NCBI GenBank assembly: GCA_013239625.1
Contig: MU054831.1
Span: 807,457 to 871,456 of the forward strand
From: Lama guanicoe
Taxonomy: Eukaryota
Direction of reading: 5' to 3'
DNA: 64,000 bases
Positions 52,644 to 64,000 of the stretch are shown one piece after another (the stretch's first letter is position 1; every line of letters begins with the position of its first letter). The position numbers and the translations under genes are program-made. The notes under the pieces were generated by a model. It had not been told where the DNA came from and made no database searches. It saw only the letters and a list, made by a program, of their open reading frames with translations.

Positions 52644-55299
52644 GAATTGTTAAAAAATCGCCACCTCTCCGTCTTTACAGACTGGCTTTGTGCAGGGCGA
52701 GGCCCTCGCCAGTCGGCTGGCTCGCATTCAAGGGGCCCCTGAGACCATTTTTGGAAGAGGCACTTTTCGGGGATCGTGCACGAGAGGGAGAGGGGCTGGG
52801 CTCTTTTCCGGAATCTCGTGCTCCCCCTGGTGCCTGTTCATGGTACTGCAAGGCCTCTGGGGCGGCTGCGCCGAAACAGGACAGAGGCCCGTTCCGGCCC
52901 GGGGCAGCTCTCCGGAAAGCCTGTCACCTCTGAAGTCCTTCTGCCAAGCACGTGCAGCCCAAATCGAACAAGGCCTCTGCTCCAATTTTACTTCACAAGA
53001 CGCGCAGGGATGGGGGCGGGGCACCGCCTGGGGCCCGTCCCGGGAGTGGGCTGTCCGCCGGCTCGGACTCCAGGACGCCAGTCACAGAAGAGGCAGGATG
53101 AGCAAGCACAGAGGTGCGTGCCCGTGCGCTCACATACGTGTTCACACACGCGGCTCCGGGCAGAGCCCCCAGGAGGGCCCTCCAGCGGCTGGTCGGCCTA
53201 GGGGGACTTAGTTCCTTGGGGTCTGGGCCCAGGCTCCCTGGCCCTCCGCAGGCACCTGTTCTGACGTGACTGAGCGACCTGGACATCTGCTTCTGTGACA
53301 GAGGAGCGGCACTGCTCACCGTCCTGACAGGTGCTGGTCACAGCCTCACCCTGTGCCTGTGCCGCTTAGGGATCAGGTGCCGCTGACGTGCTCGAGGGCC
53401 TTTGCCCTGTGCCGGGGGTGGGGGGGAGACTGGCTGATCACGCGGTGCCCCCCCAGCCCAGGGCCTCCAGGGAGGGCACGATAGGAGAGAGACCTTTGGG
53501 AGGCCAGAAGGTCCAGTGGGCAGTGGAAGAAGGCCTTAGGGAGTGCCCTGCTTCTCCTGGGGAGCCCCCCAGGCATGGGCCGCAGCACGGGTGCCTGCTG
53601 GGGCCTGCGGGGCGTAGATGCCGGAGACAGGAGAGCCTGCCGAGGGCGGTGGCGTTGACTGCCACCTGGCTACAGGTGGAGAGGGGCTGCCCTCTGCTGA
53701 GGCCTCCGGGCACAGCCCTGGGACTTTCTTTGCCCCATCCACTCCCCCACCCGCTCCAGTGGGCTAACCTGCCCCTTTGGAGGCAGGAAGTGATCAGGGT
53801 GGTGTTTGGGGGGCTCTGGGGGCCTGGGGGTGGGCCGAGCAGGGCTGCCCTGCACTCACCTGTGGTTCCCTGCACTCCTGACGCCAGGCTGGACGTCCAG
53901 GTCGGCTCCAGAAAGGGCTGTCCGTCTCTGGCCTGCTGCCCCTTCCCCTCTCCAGTACACCCCCACCCATCCAGTCTGCAGTGAGGGAGGGGTCCTTTGA
54001 GAGGACTCCTGTGTCCACAGAGAGGGCCCCCAAGAAACCCCACCCCAGAGGCAACAGCTCGCCTGGCTCCTGGCGCCGGGCTTCTAAAACCACCCTCCAG
54101 TCAGAGGGCTTCTCGGAGAGACGGCTGACTCTAGGACGGGGGCTGGGAACGTACGAGACAGCCTGGCGCACCTTGCAGGGCCAGAAAGCTGGGAAGCGCC
54201 CCCTGAAACACCCACATGGGCGGGAGCACGTCAGAGGGACACAGGACCCACAGAAAGAGCTCCCCAGGGGCCACGCCTGGAGCAGTTTGGACAAAAACAA
54301 TAGACTGAGTCAGTAGCTCAAAGCATAAACTCAGTCTCCACGCACCCACGCCGATGCCCACAGGTTACCGCATGAATATGCTGACAGCGTAGAAGAGAGT
54401 CCGGAGTGAAGAGCCCCCATGTCTGCGCAGGCGCTCTGCTCTGCCGGACGCTCCCCGAGGCGGGCGATCGGGGTCCAGGCCGAAGGGCTCCATCGTGCTG
54501 ACAGAGAGTGGCCTTGCCCTCGGCGGTCCCCCCGCCCCCCGGAACCCGTGACCCCGGGCCAAGAGGGGAGACGGGTTGGATGAACCCGCCTAGGGGCACA
54601 GCCTGCAGAATACACGCCCAGCCCTGCTGCCCTGCTCAGAAGCGTCACGGGCGTCGGAAACAGGGGAGGCCTGAGCGTCCGTCACAGTAGGAAGCGCCCA
54701 GGGGTCAGGGCCGTTCGACGTGACCCCTGGGCAGGACATTAGCTGAAACGAGACTGCACGAGTGAACTGTGGACACGAGGCAGTCAGGACAACCAGCGCT
54801 GGTCCGGTGATCGTATCAGAAGCGCCGGACCGTTTGGACTGTCTTCTCGGTCTGTCTCTAAATTCAACACTATTCTAGAAATAAGCCCTGAAACAAAAAA
54901 CAGAAGGAAAGAGCAGTCAATAAAAAATGAAACAGCAGAGCAAGGCCTCTTCCTATCAGTGCCCACGTGAAATGCAAGCGGGTCAGACCCGCCAGGGGCA
55001 AGAGCCGGCAGGATGGCCGGGAGGCGCTGGCCGGGAGGCGCTGACCAGGCCGCCGCCAAGAAGCGCCCTTCAGCGACCTTCACACGGGCTAGAAGTGAGC
55101 GGACGGGGAAGAGACAGCACGCGGACCCTGAGGTCCGAGTGGCCGCATTCGGAGCGGACGCGGACTCTGAGCCGAGACATCGCCGGGGCAGCGCGAGACC
55201 CTGCACAGTGATAAAGGGGTTAATGCGCCAAGAGGCAGCAGTCATCAATGCGCCTGCGCCAAGCTGTGCAGGCCCTGGAATCCTTCCCCGTTTCCATGG

Positions 55300-56150
55300 A
55301 TACAGAGCCTTCTAGCCGAGTGTAGTTGTCCGAGCTTCTCCCCCACCCTCTTCCTGGGTCCCCAGAAGGACAGAGGGAGCTGCCTGCAGCCACTTGTGTG
55401 GAGAGTGAACACACACCGGCCCTTCACGCCCAATCTTGCCATGGTCCAGACAAATGGTGTTTCACCCGCCTCTTCCAGCGCTCTGGCCAGCCGCCACTCT
55501 GAAGACGGAAGTGTCTTCTCGGGTCTGAAGGAGCGTAACTCGGTCACCAAGCCGGGGCAGACCTCCCGTCCCAGCTCTTCCATGGCACTCTGAGCACCCG
55601 CATCTACCGCTGCATCGGCAGCCCCGGCCAGAGTTGGCCGGCCTGTCGGGACCTGTTTGTAGCCTCCGGGTCTACGGGGCATCGGTCTGACCCGTCAGCC
55701 CAGTGCGGGGCCTTGCCGGGGCCTCTGCCCCCAGCCGTCTGCCGTCTCCGGTGCTCCTGCTGATGCACACAACAGCTCTTGTCGGCATTCAATGCCTCAG
55801 CAGGTGCAGGAGGACCACGTCCAGGTTCAGTCCATCTCTGCAAAGTTGCAGCACCCCATCCACTCATGTCATGGGCCCAGGTCACCAGGTTAGCCGTTTG
55901 CCAACTCCAGTCACCCTCTGACCCTGGAAGGGACTTCTGATGGGCATCAGAAGTTCCCAGTTTAATATCCCCCTCAGATTTCCACAGTGGTTTGCATGAG
56001 ACCATCTCCTTAGTAGGGGAGTGTTCCACTGACTAGCCTGCTGGTCATACAGCCTGGCCACTGGCCGCACCCACGAGTCAGTGAAAGCCCAGCATCGAGG
56101 CAGACAGCCTGCAGCTCAGCCCTCTGAGCTGATTTGTTTTCACCTTCTTC
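55300..56150 (-). mobile_element. ERVL-class internal (pol RNaseH/integrase) fossil
   Basis: Minus-strand frames give DAHQKSLPGSEGDW...TWAHDMSGWG..TLQRW...NADKSCCVHQQE (degenerate HHCC zinc finger) then GGYKQVPTG...AVDAGAQSAMEEL, resembling ERVL/ERV3-16A3-type integrase. Confidence 0.7.
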
Positions 56151-59100
56151 CATCAGACGGTGACCATCCGAGCAGGACGCTGCACACTCCCCTTGGGACT
56201 GCCGTCCACAAGCCGGGCAGCCCTCTGCCCATCGAGGCCTGCTTCTAGGACACTGTCCCCGCAGTCACGGGACAGTCCCAGGTCAGTGCCAAGGGATAAG
56301 AGGCTCCTACTGGCGTCCCCTGGTGGCACGCGACTGCGTAAACAAGGAAATAACCGTCCATCTGGTCCTGGAGCTCTCCCGTCACCGACCTCCCCACGGG
56401 CAGTTTCTTGGGCGTCACTTAAGCTGCCGTGAGTGTTGCAGGTTTCAGGATTACTCTGTGACCCGGGGTCACAGCCTCGTTCTCATCCAAGCCCTGGAGC
56501 AGGCTGGCTGTCTCTCAGGTGGAAAGGTGCTGCTCCAGCGTTCCAGTGGTGGCCGCTGGGTGGCGCTCACTGACATTTGCCGTGAGGCCCAGTCTGTGCT
56601 CCACGCCGGCAGTAGCCCTTTGTGCCTTCTGGCTCGATTCGGCCTTACTGCCCTCCAGCTTCTAGCGGGACATTAGTTACGGTGGAAATCCCTTGTGTCC
56701 ACCAGGTGCCTGATACTCTTTCAAAATGAGAACCTCTGCAGGCTGGACCGCCTTGCTGATCTCCGTGTAGAATGCCCGGTCAGCGTGGGCTGGAGGCCGG
56801 GTCTGCAGGCCTCCTGTGTTACAGGGCGCGGGAGGGGAAACGTCCCCCGCAGACACCGCGTTGTCCCCATGGAGCGTTCAGCGGAGCAGATGCGGACACC
56901 TCGGGTGAAATCTGTGCAAACACCCTGACCTTCCCCCGAACTCCCACCTTCACCGCGTCACCTCCGTGACCCCGACGCGCTCAAGCCCACCGTGGCTTCT
57001 CCTGGCGCTTCCCCCACAGGTCTTGGCATCAAGCTCCCAGGCAAGGAGTCCCAGAAGCGAGTCGCCTTCGAGCAGCCCCGACCTCCCTGTGAGCTTCTGC
57101 GCGGGGCCGAGGGGGCGCTCCCCTCCGCTAGCGTCACGCTGATGCCCCCTTAGAAGGCACGTGCGTCCATTCTGTCCCACCTGTGGGAAGTGTAATCACA
57201 GACCCTCGCTGTTGCAAATAAATAAAACAGTCCAGAGCCACAGCGGGGATCCTGCTTTGCTGTCTCAAGTAATTCTGACGCTTTTCTCTTGGTTCTACTG
57301 CTGTTGGCTGAGTGGCCACACAGCGTCTCGGACGGGCGCCTGGTGGAAGCGTGGTTTCTAGGGCACTGGTTCATAAATGCACGTTCTGTGCGTGGGAGCC
57401 TTGCCCAGTGCCCACGGTGCCGGGTTTCCACGCGGCGCAGGCCGAGCGCTCCTGTCGTGGGGGTCACGGGGCGCCTCCTACGGGAGGGCCCTTGGTCTCT
57501 CACATACAGCGACCTTGAACTTCCTCTCGTTGGGTTTCGCTGCTGTGGCCAAGTGGTCACGCGTCGCTCACACCGAGGCTGGACCGTAACTCTGAGGACG
57601 GCCATCTGTCCACGGGGCTCACGTGGACACGGCCTTCCTGAGCGGACCGTCCCTCCCCGCGGTCCTGCACGGGGACAGACGGGGTTGGGGGGCGGCCAGC
57701 CCTCCAGGCCCCAGAACAGGAACTTCCGGGGGAACCGAGAGATGGATTTACTCTGGTGGCAAGACCAACAGGCTCGACTAACTTTGGACTTAAAAGCACC
57801 TGGGGGCCCCTGACAAGACGCCCGCTACGTAAACCCCCACGGGCGGGCGCGTTTTCGGGGCTTGGGAGACCTGCCTGCGGGGCCGCTGCGCAGGCGGGAC
57901 TTCTCCTTGAGAGGCAGCCCGGCCTCCCAGCTGGTTTCCCGGCGGGACCCTCCCCCCGCCCCCACTCCGACCCCGACGAGCGGCACTCAGACCCGGGTCC
58001 CCGAGCCCACGCGGGGGTTCCTGCAGTGAGACGGGGCCCCGGGCCGGTCCAGGGGGGCCTGATCTCTGCTGTGACCCCGGGCACCGAGGGCTCGCTAGTC
58101 TCCCCTGGGCTCTGCAGGGAGACAGCCCTAACCTGCCGAGAAAGGGCCCAGGTGCCCGGAGCAGGGGCCGCAGGTCACACCCGCCCCTGCAGCCAGGCCT
58201 GCCCCAGGCAAGGTGGGAAGGTGACAGAGAAGTTCCAGGACCCCTGGCTCCCTCCCCTGCTCGCAAGTCTGGTCCTGGGTTTTGAAAGGACCTCAGACAT
58301 GCAACCCCTCACCTGCTCCCTGGCCACACCTGGTGACAGTAGGATCTGACGGCTGGGGGCAGGTCAGAGCTCTGCGGGGTCAGGGCCAGCCGGAGACACA
58401 GGCCCACTGAGGCCCCTGCACGACTTGACCTTGGCCACTGGCAGCCCCGCGCACTCAGCCCCTCTCACCACTGCCGTCGGGCCAGGTAGGGCTGCCCTGG
58501 GGCTTGACCCGGTCGTGGGCGCCCAGCTGTCCTTCAGTCCTCAGGGCACTGTCAGAGCATGTCACCACCAGGGACAAAGGCTGCAGCCACCTCCATCTTT
58601 CTCTCCCTCCCTCTCCCCCACTTCCAGTGCCAGCACCAGGGCTCCTGCACAATCTGGGACAAGGTTTCCCCTCTCCTGACCTCAGGGGCTTCCACCAAGG
58701 GCCCCTCCAGAATGTGGACCCACCACCTCCCCACCCTGCCCAGGGGGACGGGGGCCCCAGCACTCGGCCCTGAGCCCGGGCGTGGACCGGTGGCGTCCGA
58801 CCCGGCGGGGGGCTTTGTGGGGGGTCCTTTCTAGGCCTCACCGTCAGAGGCTTTTGCTCGGCCCAGGACTTTCGTCCCTGTCCCCCAGCCTCTGCTGTCC
58901 CCCTCCCTTCCCCGTCCTTGCCTCCATACAACCCTCACCTCCGGCCCCCCCGCCCCGCCCCCGGACTGAAGAGGCAGCTGATGGCCGGCCGGGTGGGGGC
59001 AGGACAGGCTCTCCTCCCTCAGCCCACCGTCCTCCTGAGAGCAGCTGCAGCCAGGCTTAAAGCCCCAGCGGGGCAGGACAGGCCTTCATGGAGAAGCCAG

Positions 59101-59342
59101 CTGCCCGAGAAGGAGAGACCCACGGACGGACGCCAGGCCCCGCCAGACCGACAGCTTGCTCTTTTCATGTGGAAATACACTTTGAGGGGGAGACGCGGCC
59201 TTTGAGGTGGGAGGCTGTCAGAGGCAGCGGCCAGGAGGCCCTGCCCGGGCCGGCGCGCCCCCCGCGGCCGTGCGCTCTCTGGGGCATCATCAGACCCGTC
59301 CTGCGCAGGCGTCACTGGAAGGCTGCTGGGGCAGCTGCCTCC

Positions 59343-59373
59343 TTTCCTTTTCTTTCTTTTTTTTTTTTTTTTT
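59343..59373 (+). repeat. T-rich/poly(T) tract
   Basis: TTTCCTTTTCTTTC followed by a T homopolymer. Confidence 0.9.
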
Positions 59374-61997
59374 AAAGAAAGGAGCGATAGCTAGCTAAGA
59401 TTTATATCCACTTTCTCTGTCCAAATCCAGCCTTCCTCCCGTCAGTCCTGAGTAGAATGACACTGTTGAAGCCTTCGTGTCACAAACTGTCTTCTTTCGT
59501 GTTCCGTCCGCCCCACAGCACGCCAGCCCCAGTGGTCGCATCACGTGCGGAAGCTGGTTTGCCGGCAGGCCTGCCCTTCCTGCCCCTTGTCTTCCCCTGT
59601 GCCCTGAGTGATGGCAGTGACCTAGACAGACAAGGGTGTTCAGGGCCCCCGCCGCACGGCGACCCCGTTATCCTCGGCTGTGGACCCTGCGTTACATTCG
59701 TTCTTCGTGTGCTCAGGATGGAGATGGATGTTTACTGCTGTAAGACAGGCTTTGTCAGAGCACAGTCGTCGTCTGCAAAGCGGGAAGGATGCAAGGAAGA
59801 TTACTGCTAATACTGGGAAAAAAGAGTGTAGCCCTCTCCTTTTAAGATGAACTTAAAAATAAAAACGGTCAGGAGTCGAGCAGGGTGGGGCTTCCCAGCA
59901 GCGCCTTCGGTCTCTGCGTGAAAGCCGCCGGCCACTTAGACGCTGCATCAAACCCAGGTCTGAGCAGGAGCAGTGGGGTTCTGGGTGGTCCTCTGGGTCC
60001 GTCCTCGGCAGCTACCCAGCCCTGGTGGCTCCTCAGGGGTTCCAGATGGCCACCGTTTCCCCGGAGGTTCCTCACCTTCAGCTGGCTGCTCCTGAGCGCT
60101 CACACTTCCTCAGGCCCTACCCAAGCCCCTCACAGCCAGCCCGCTTCAGACCCCCCCAGGGGGACTGTGGCCACGCACAGAGCAGCACCCCAGCCAGACA
60201 CACTGCCCCAGGTGTGATCGAGCAGAGGGAGAACAAGCTTGTGTCCCCATGTGCTGGGCCCCACTCTCCTGGTGATGCGGCCTCTAAACAAACCAGCTTT
60301 TTTTCCCGATGCCTGTTCCTTGTTCATTCGTGGTGAACCCACCCTGATTGATGTGCCACACGGCCCCTAAGCCCCTGAGGGGGATCTGGGTGCAGACTTG
60401 GCCTGCCCCGGCTCAGAGGCCGGCCTGGTGTGAGATGCCCAGTCTGTGGGTTGTGATCAGGGCCCAGAAGTCAATTCTTGGGACGCTTGTCCAGTGAGGG
60501 GCACCCGTGGGCAGTGGAGGGACAGCTCTGCCTTGACCTGTGCAGGTCTCACAGTGCACTGAGCCTCTGAGCTCAGAGGGAGCCTCAGAATCCTTCTTAA
60601 CACCGGGCTCTAGGAAGGTACAACCACCTGGTGAGATCTAACCTTCCTGTGTAAAGTCCTTTCTGCTGCCACTCTACACTGGCCATCTGGGCACCCCTGT
60701 CCTCGCTCCCACAGCACTCGGCGGGGTGGGCAGCAGGACTGGAGCCAAGCCCCAGGCCCGATTCCGCCTTTCTCCCCGGATTCTCAAGTCTGGTCAAGAA
60801 CAGGACTGGATGTCCACCCTAGGATAAGAATACTCCTGGTCCCTCGGAAAACGAAAACCCTGCAGAGTCAGGGTGACAGACGTCAGGGACTGGAGAGTGT
60901 CAGCTTGGCCGTGCCCCCTTCAGCAGGGTGGGGTTGGGATGACAGCAGGCAGGGTTTGGAGGGGGAGCTGGAGGACCAGGCAGGGTGCAGACACGTGGGC
61001 AGGACTGTATGGGACATGTGTGTGGGGCGCACCAGCTGGGTGAAGGGAGTGGGCACCATGGAGACCACTGTTGGGGACAGAGGGTGGGGAGAGTCATAGG
61101 GAGCACTGGATGAGGTGGGGGGCCCTGGTCCCAGGGCTGGTGCCCGTGTCTGGGGGCCCCGGGGGTGTCCTGAGGTCGAGGGAGGAGGCAGAGTGGAGGG
61201 AGGAGACGATGCACACCTGCCCCTAGGGTCCACCTGCCACCACACACCTGCGTTCACCCAGTCCCTGCTCCACCGTACGCGCCCAGCCCGCCTCGTGCCT
61301 TCCCAGGACAAACACAGCCAGCCCTGCCCGGGGCACATGGGTGGGCAGAGGTGACAACAGGCTTGGGTCCTGAGAAGAGAAAATGAGCGGGGCTCCTTTG
61401 AGGACGGCCTGGGGGGAGGGCCTGGGGGCCAGAGGCGGCCTGAGGAGGGGTGAGAAGGTGAGGCCGAGTGCCTGGGCCAGCAAGTGGGCAGCGGCTCCAC
61501 CGATGCTGGACAAAGGCGGAGGGGACCGAGGCCTGGTTGTAGAGGCTGGGACCCTGGTCCGTGCTGGAGGACGGGGTGGGGCAGGTGTGGGACGGCCAGA
61601 TCATCAAAGTGCTGGAAAGGTCTGGCCCAGTGGAGGGCCAGGGGCCGAGCGCGTGCAGATGGGACGCAGACGGAGGGGCTGGGCTGGAGACTCCTGCACT
61701 CAGCGCCCTGAGTGGCTCTGCACCCACTTCTGCCTGAGGCTCCTGGTGCTGCGGAGTCAGAGACGGGGCTGTTCCATCTGCGGCAGGTGCCTTGGGGAGG
61801 CCCACGTGCTGAGCGAGGGAAGCCTGACATCTCCAGAGCCCAGAGCCACCTGCCAACACACAGGAAGCCCCCAGAACTAGAGCAGGGCCGCCCCGACCCG
61901 ACGTGCATGCCCAGAAGTGAGTGCGGGCCTCTCCCTCAGAACTCCATCTGATCTGCGGGAAGACGGCAGCCCGTTGAAGTTGCAGGGGCCCTGTGAG

Positions 61998-62180
61998 TTG
62001 GAACCCCAGAGTGTGGACCCCTAAGCACGGATCCCCCTCCCGAGAATGGACCCTTCCCAAGCCTGGGACCCCGAGTACAGACCCCCTGAGCAGGATGCCC
62101 CTGAGCATGGACCCCACTGAGCAAGACCCCTTTTGCTCAGGACCCCCTCACGTGGACTCTTTTGAGTGCACCTCTCTGAG
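61998..62180 (+). repeat. Degenerate ~15-17-bp minisatellite
   Basis: About 11 diverged units of (T)GGACCCC(C/T)..GAGCA. Confidence 0.75.
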
Positions 62181-62839
62181 CGAGGTCGCCCTGAGCCCGG
62201 GGCCTCGTGGGACTGTGTGACCACAGGCCTGAGAGGCTGGCCCTGCCGGGATCGGCTGCCACGCCTGGGCAATCGCGTGGATGGGAGAACAGGGCAGGGA
62301 GGTGCCTCGGGGCCGGAGGACACGCAGGTAAGGGGAGACAGAGCTGGGGTTGACCCCAGGCCCACGTGGACAGCCCCCGCTGGGGCTCTGAAAAGCTCCA
62401 CTTGTTCCAGCTTGAGTCTGGATGCCCGGCCCCACACGGGGAGGCAAAGAGGTGGCTCAGCACACCAGCCTGGGTGTCCACCGGCAGGACTTCCAGCTAC
62501 CTCCGCCCCCCGAAGGAAGCACCAAAGCACGTGCCCCTCGACCGCCCCTCCCTGCCCCCCGCCCCCAGCACAGCTCTGCAGACACTGAGGGGCCGAGGGG
62601 CTCTGGAGGAAGAAAGTGGGCCGTGGCCTCCAGCATGGCCCTTCCAGATGCTGCAAACAGCTCCCATCTAAACTCCAGGCGGACGGGGAGTGGGGCAGGG
62701 GCGGAGAGCAGGTGGGAGTGCCCCAGGAGAGCCCCCAGGTGGAAAGTCCTAGAAAGCCACCAGGGAAGATGGCCCCAGGCCCTCCCCACACACACATCAT
62801 GAGAGCGTGAGTGGCCCGCACACAGCCCAGGAGAAGAGC

Positions 62840-62845
62840 TTTATT
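62840..62845 (-). terminator. GPR35 polyadenylation signal
   Basis: TTTATT on + (AATAAA on -), ~335 nt after the GPR35 stop. Confidence 0.7.
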
Positions 62846-63180
62846 CTGGCCCTGTGGGTCTCACGGCCCCCAGCAGGCACCCGCCCCTGTGCCGCAGGTG
62901 AACCCAGTTCTAGGCACAACAGGTGTGCAGCCCCGTCCAGGGGTCCCTATGGTTGGCCGTGCTCAGGCCCCAGTCCTCCTGCCCTCATCGCTGTCCCTTC
63001 TCTACCCCAGGGGTGGGGGTGTCACCTCCCCAAGCTCCACGCCTGGATTGTCCTGACCACATGGGACTCCTGAGAGTGCCCACAGCGCACAGTGAGGTCA
63101 GGGCTGATCCCGGGGCTCCTTGCTGCTGGTCGCGGGCTCCCCCGGTGGGCAGCACTTCCCGGGAGCCTGTGGCTCCTCTC

Positions 63181-64000
63181 CTAGGCCAGGGTCACACACA
63201 GAGACTCCTGGCTCTTACGGGCCTTGGCACTGGGGGGCGTGGCCAGCGCAGACGCCTCCTGGAACTCCTTGGCCATGTAGTAGTAGCAGACAGCGTCCAG
63301 GCAGCAGTTGGCGTACGAGAGTTTGCTAGTGACGTTGAGGGCGAGGCGGAGGGCGCAGGAGTGCAGGCCCGTGGCCACCTGCACGGTCAGCACCACGTGA
63401 AAGGGCAGGAAGCAGACCACGAACACCACCAGGTTCGCCCAGACCATGCGGGCGGCCTTCTGGGTGGACTCCACCTGGCCCGTGTCAGCCGCTGCCTTCG
63501 GGGCCAGGGCGGCCACCACCTGCAGGGAGCAGAAGACCAGCACGGCCAGCGGCAGGTAGAAGCCCAGCAGCGAGAAGACGGTGGTGTAGGAGCTCTGCCG
63601 GGAGCTGTTGGAGAAGCAGAAGCCGCCCTCCTGCCTCCCCAGGAACCAGCGAAGCACCAGGGAGCCGACCACCAGTGCCCAGAGCGCCGCGCACACGGCC
63701 ACGGCCCGCCGCGGGGAGCGGAGCGCGCGGGCGCGCAGCGGGTGCCGCACGGCCACGTAGCGGTCCAGGGCGATGGCCATCACCAGGCTGATGCTCATGT
63801 ACCTGTTGACCAGGTAGATGCCCTGGGAGAGCTGGCAGAGCAGCGTGTCCGTGGGGCTTTTCCTCTTCAGGGAGTGTAGGAAGAAGGGCAGGGCGCAGAG
63901 CAGGCAGAGGTCGGCCACGGCCAGGTTGGCCATGTAGACGCGGGTCTCCGTCCACCGCTGCAGGCGGTGGCACAGCACCCAGAGCGCCCAGACGTTGAGC
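63181..64000 (-). CDS. GPR35: G protein-coupled receptor 35, intronless CDS, 5' end outside window
   Basis: LNVWALWVLCHRLQRWTETRVYMANLAVADLCLL...AIALDRYVAVRHPLRAR...CFLPFH...NCCLDAVCYYYMAKEFQEAS...SQESLCVTLA*; class A GPCR motifs, GPR35 C-terminus and synteny. Confidence 0.97.
   Translation of the reverse strand, partial: LNVWALWVLCHRLQRWTETRVYMANLAVADLCLLCALPFFLHSLKRKSPTDTLLCQLSQGIYLVNRYMSISLVMAIALDRYVAVRHPLRARALRSPRRAVAVCAALWALVVGSLVLRWFLGRQEGGFCFSNSSRQSSYTTVFSLLGFYLPLAVLVFCSLQVVAALAPKAAADTGQVESTQKAARMVWANLVVFVVCFLPFHVVLTVQVATGLHSCALRLALNVTSKLSYANCCLDAVCYYYMAKEFQEASALATPPSAKARKSQESLCVTLA

Noticed and set aside
57800-58090. Intergenic CpG-rich patch as a possible promoter of an unknown gene
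   Set aside because: No downstream exon structure found, and the whole region is CpG-enriched, including dead repeats

Overview
GC-rich mammalian genomic DNA, probably a cetartiodactyl judging from the L1 3'-end style. It has the conserved KIF1A-AQP12-GPR35 gene order. (1) 1211-~41020 (+): the 3' two-thirds of the neuronal kinesin-3 gene KIF1A, from the end of the FHA domain through the PH domain. There are 28 constitutive coding exons that splice in frame to a TGA at 38080-38082, two frame-preserving microexons (27 and 24 nt), one GC-AG intron, one NAGNAG acceptor, a 338-nt assembly gap where the poly-Glu cassette exon is expected, and a ~2.9-kb 3'UTR. (2) 41300-45260: old L1 fragments. (3) 45631-50153 (+): a single three-exon AQP12 (315 aa) with tandem PTF1-like promoter sites and an NPT in place of the usual NPA in the second pore box. 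(4) 51400-56150: hAT transposase, LTR, L1 and ERVL integrase fossils. (5) 63181->64000 (-): GPR35, 5'-truncated by the window edge. The most striking unannotated signal is a colinear, nested series of complementary segments ~1.8-2.1 kb apart in the KIF1A 3'UTR. Its mismatches are mostly G-U wobbles on the sense strand, so it is a candidate long-range mRNA duplex with an alternating purine-pyrimidine core. Gene and repeat identities come from recalled sequences and manual translation; no database search was run.
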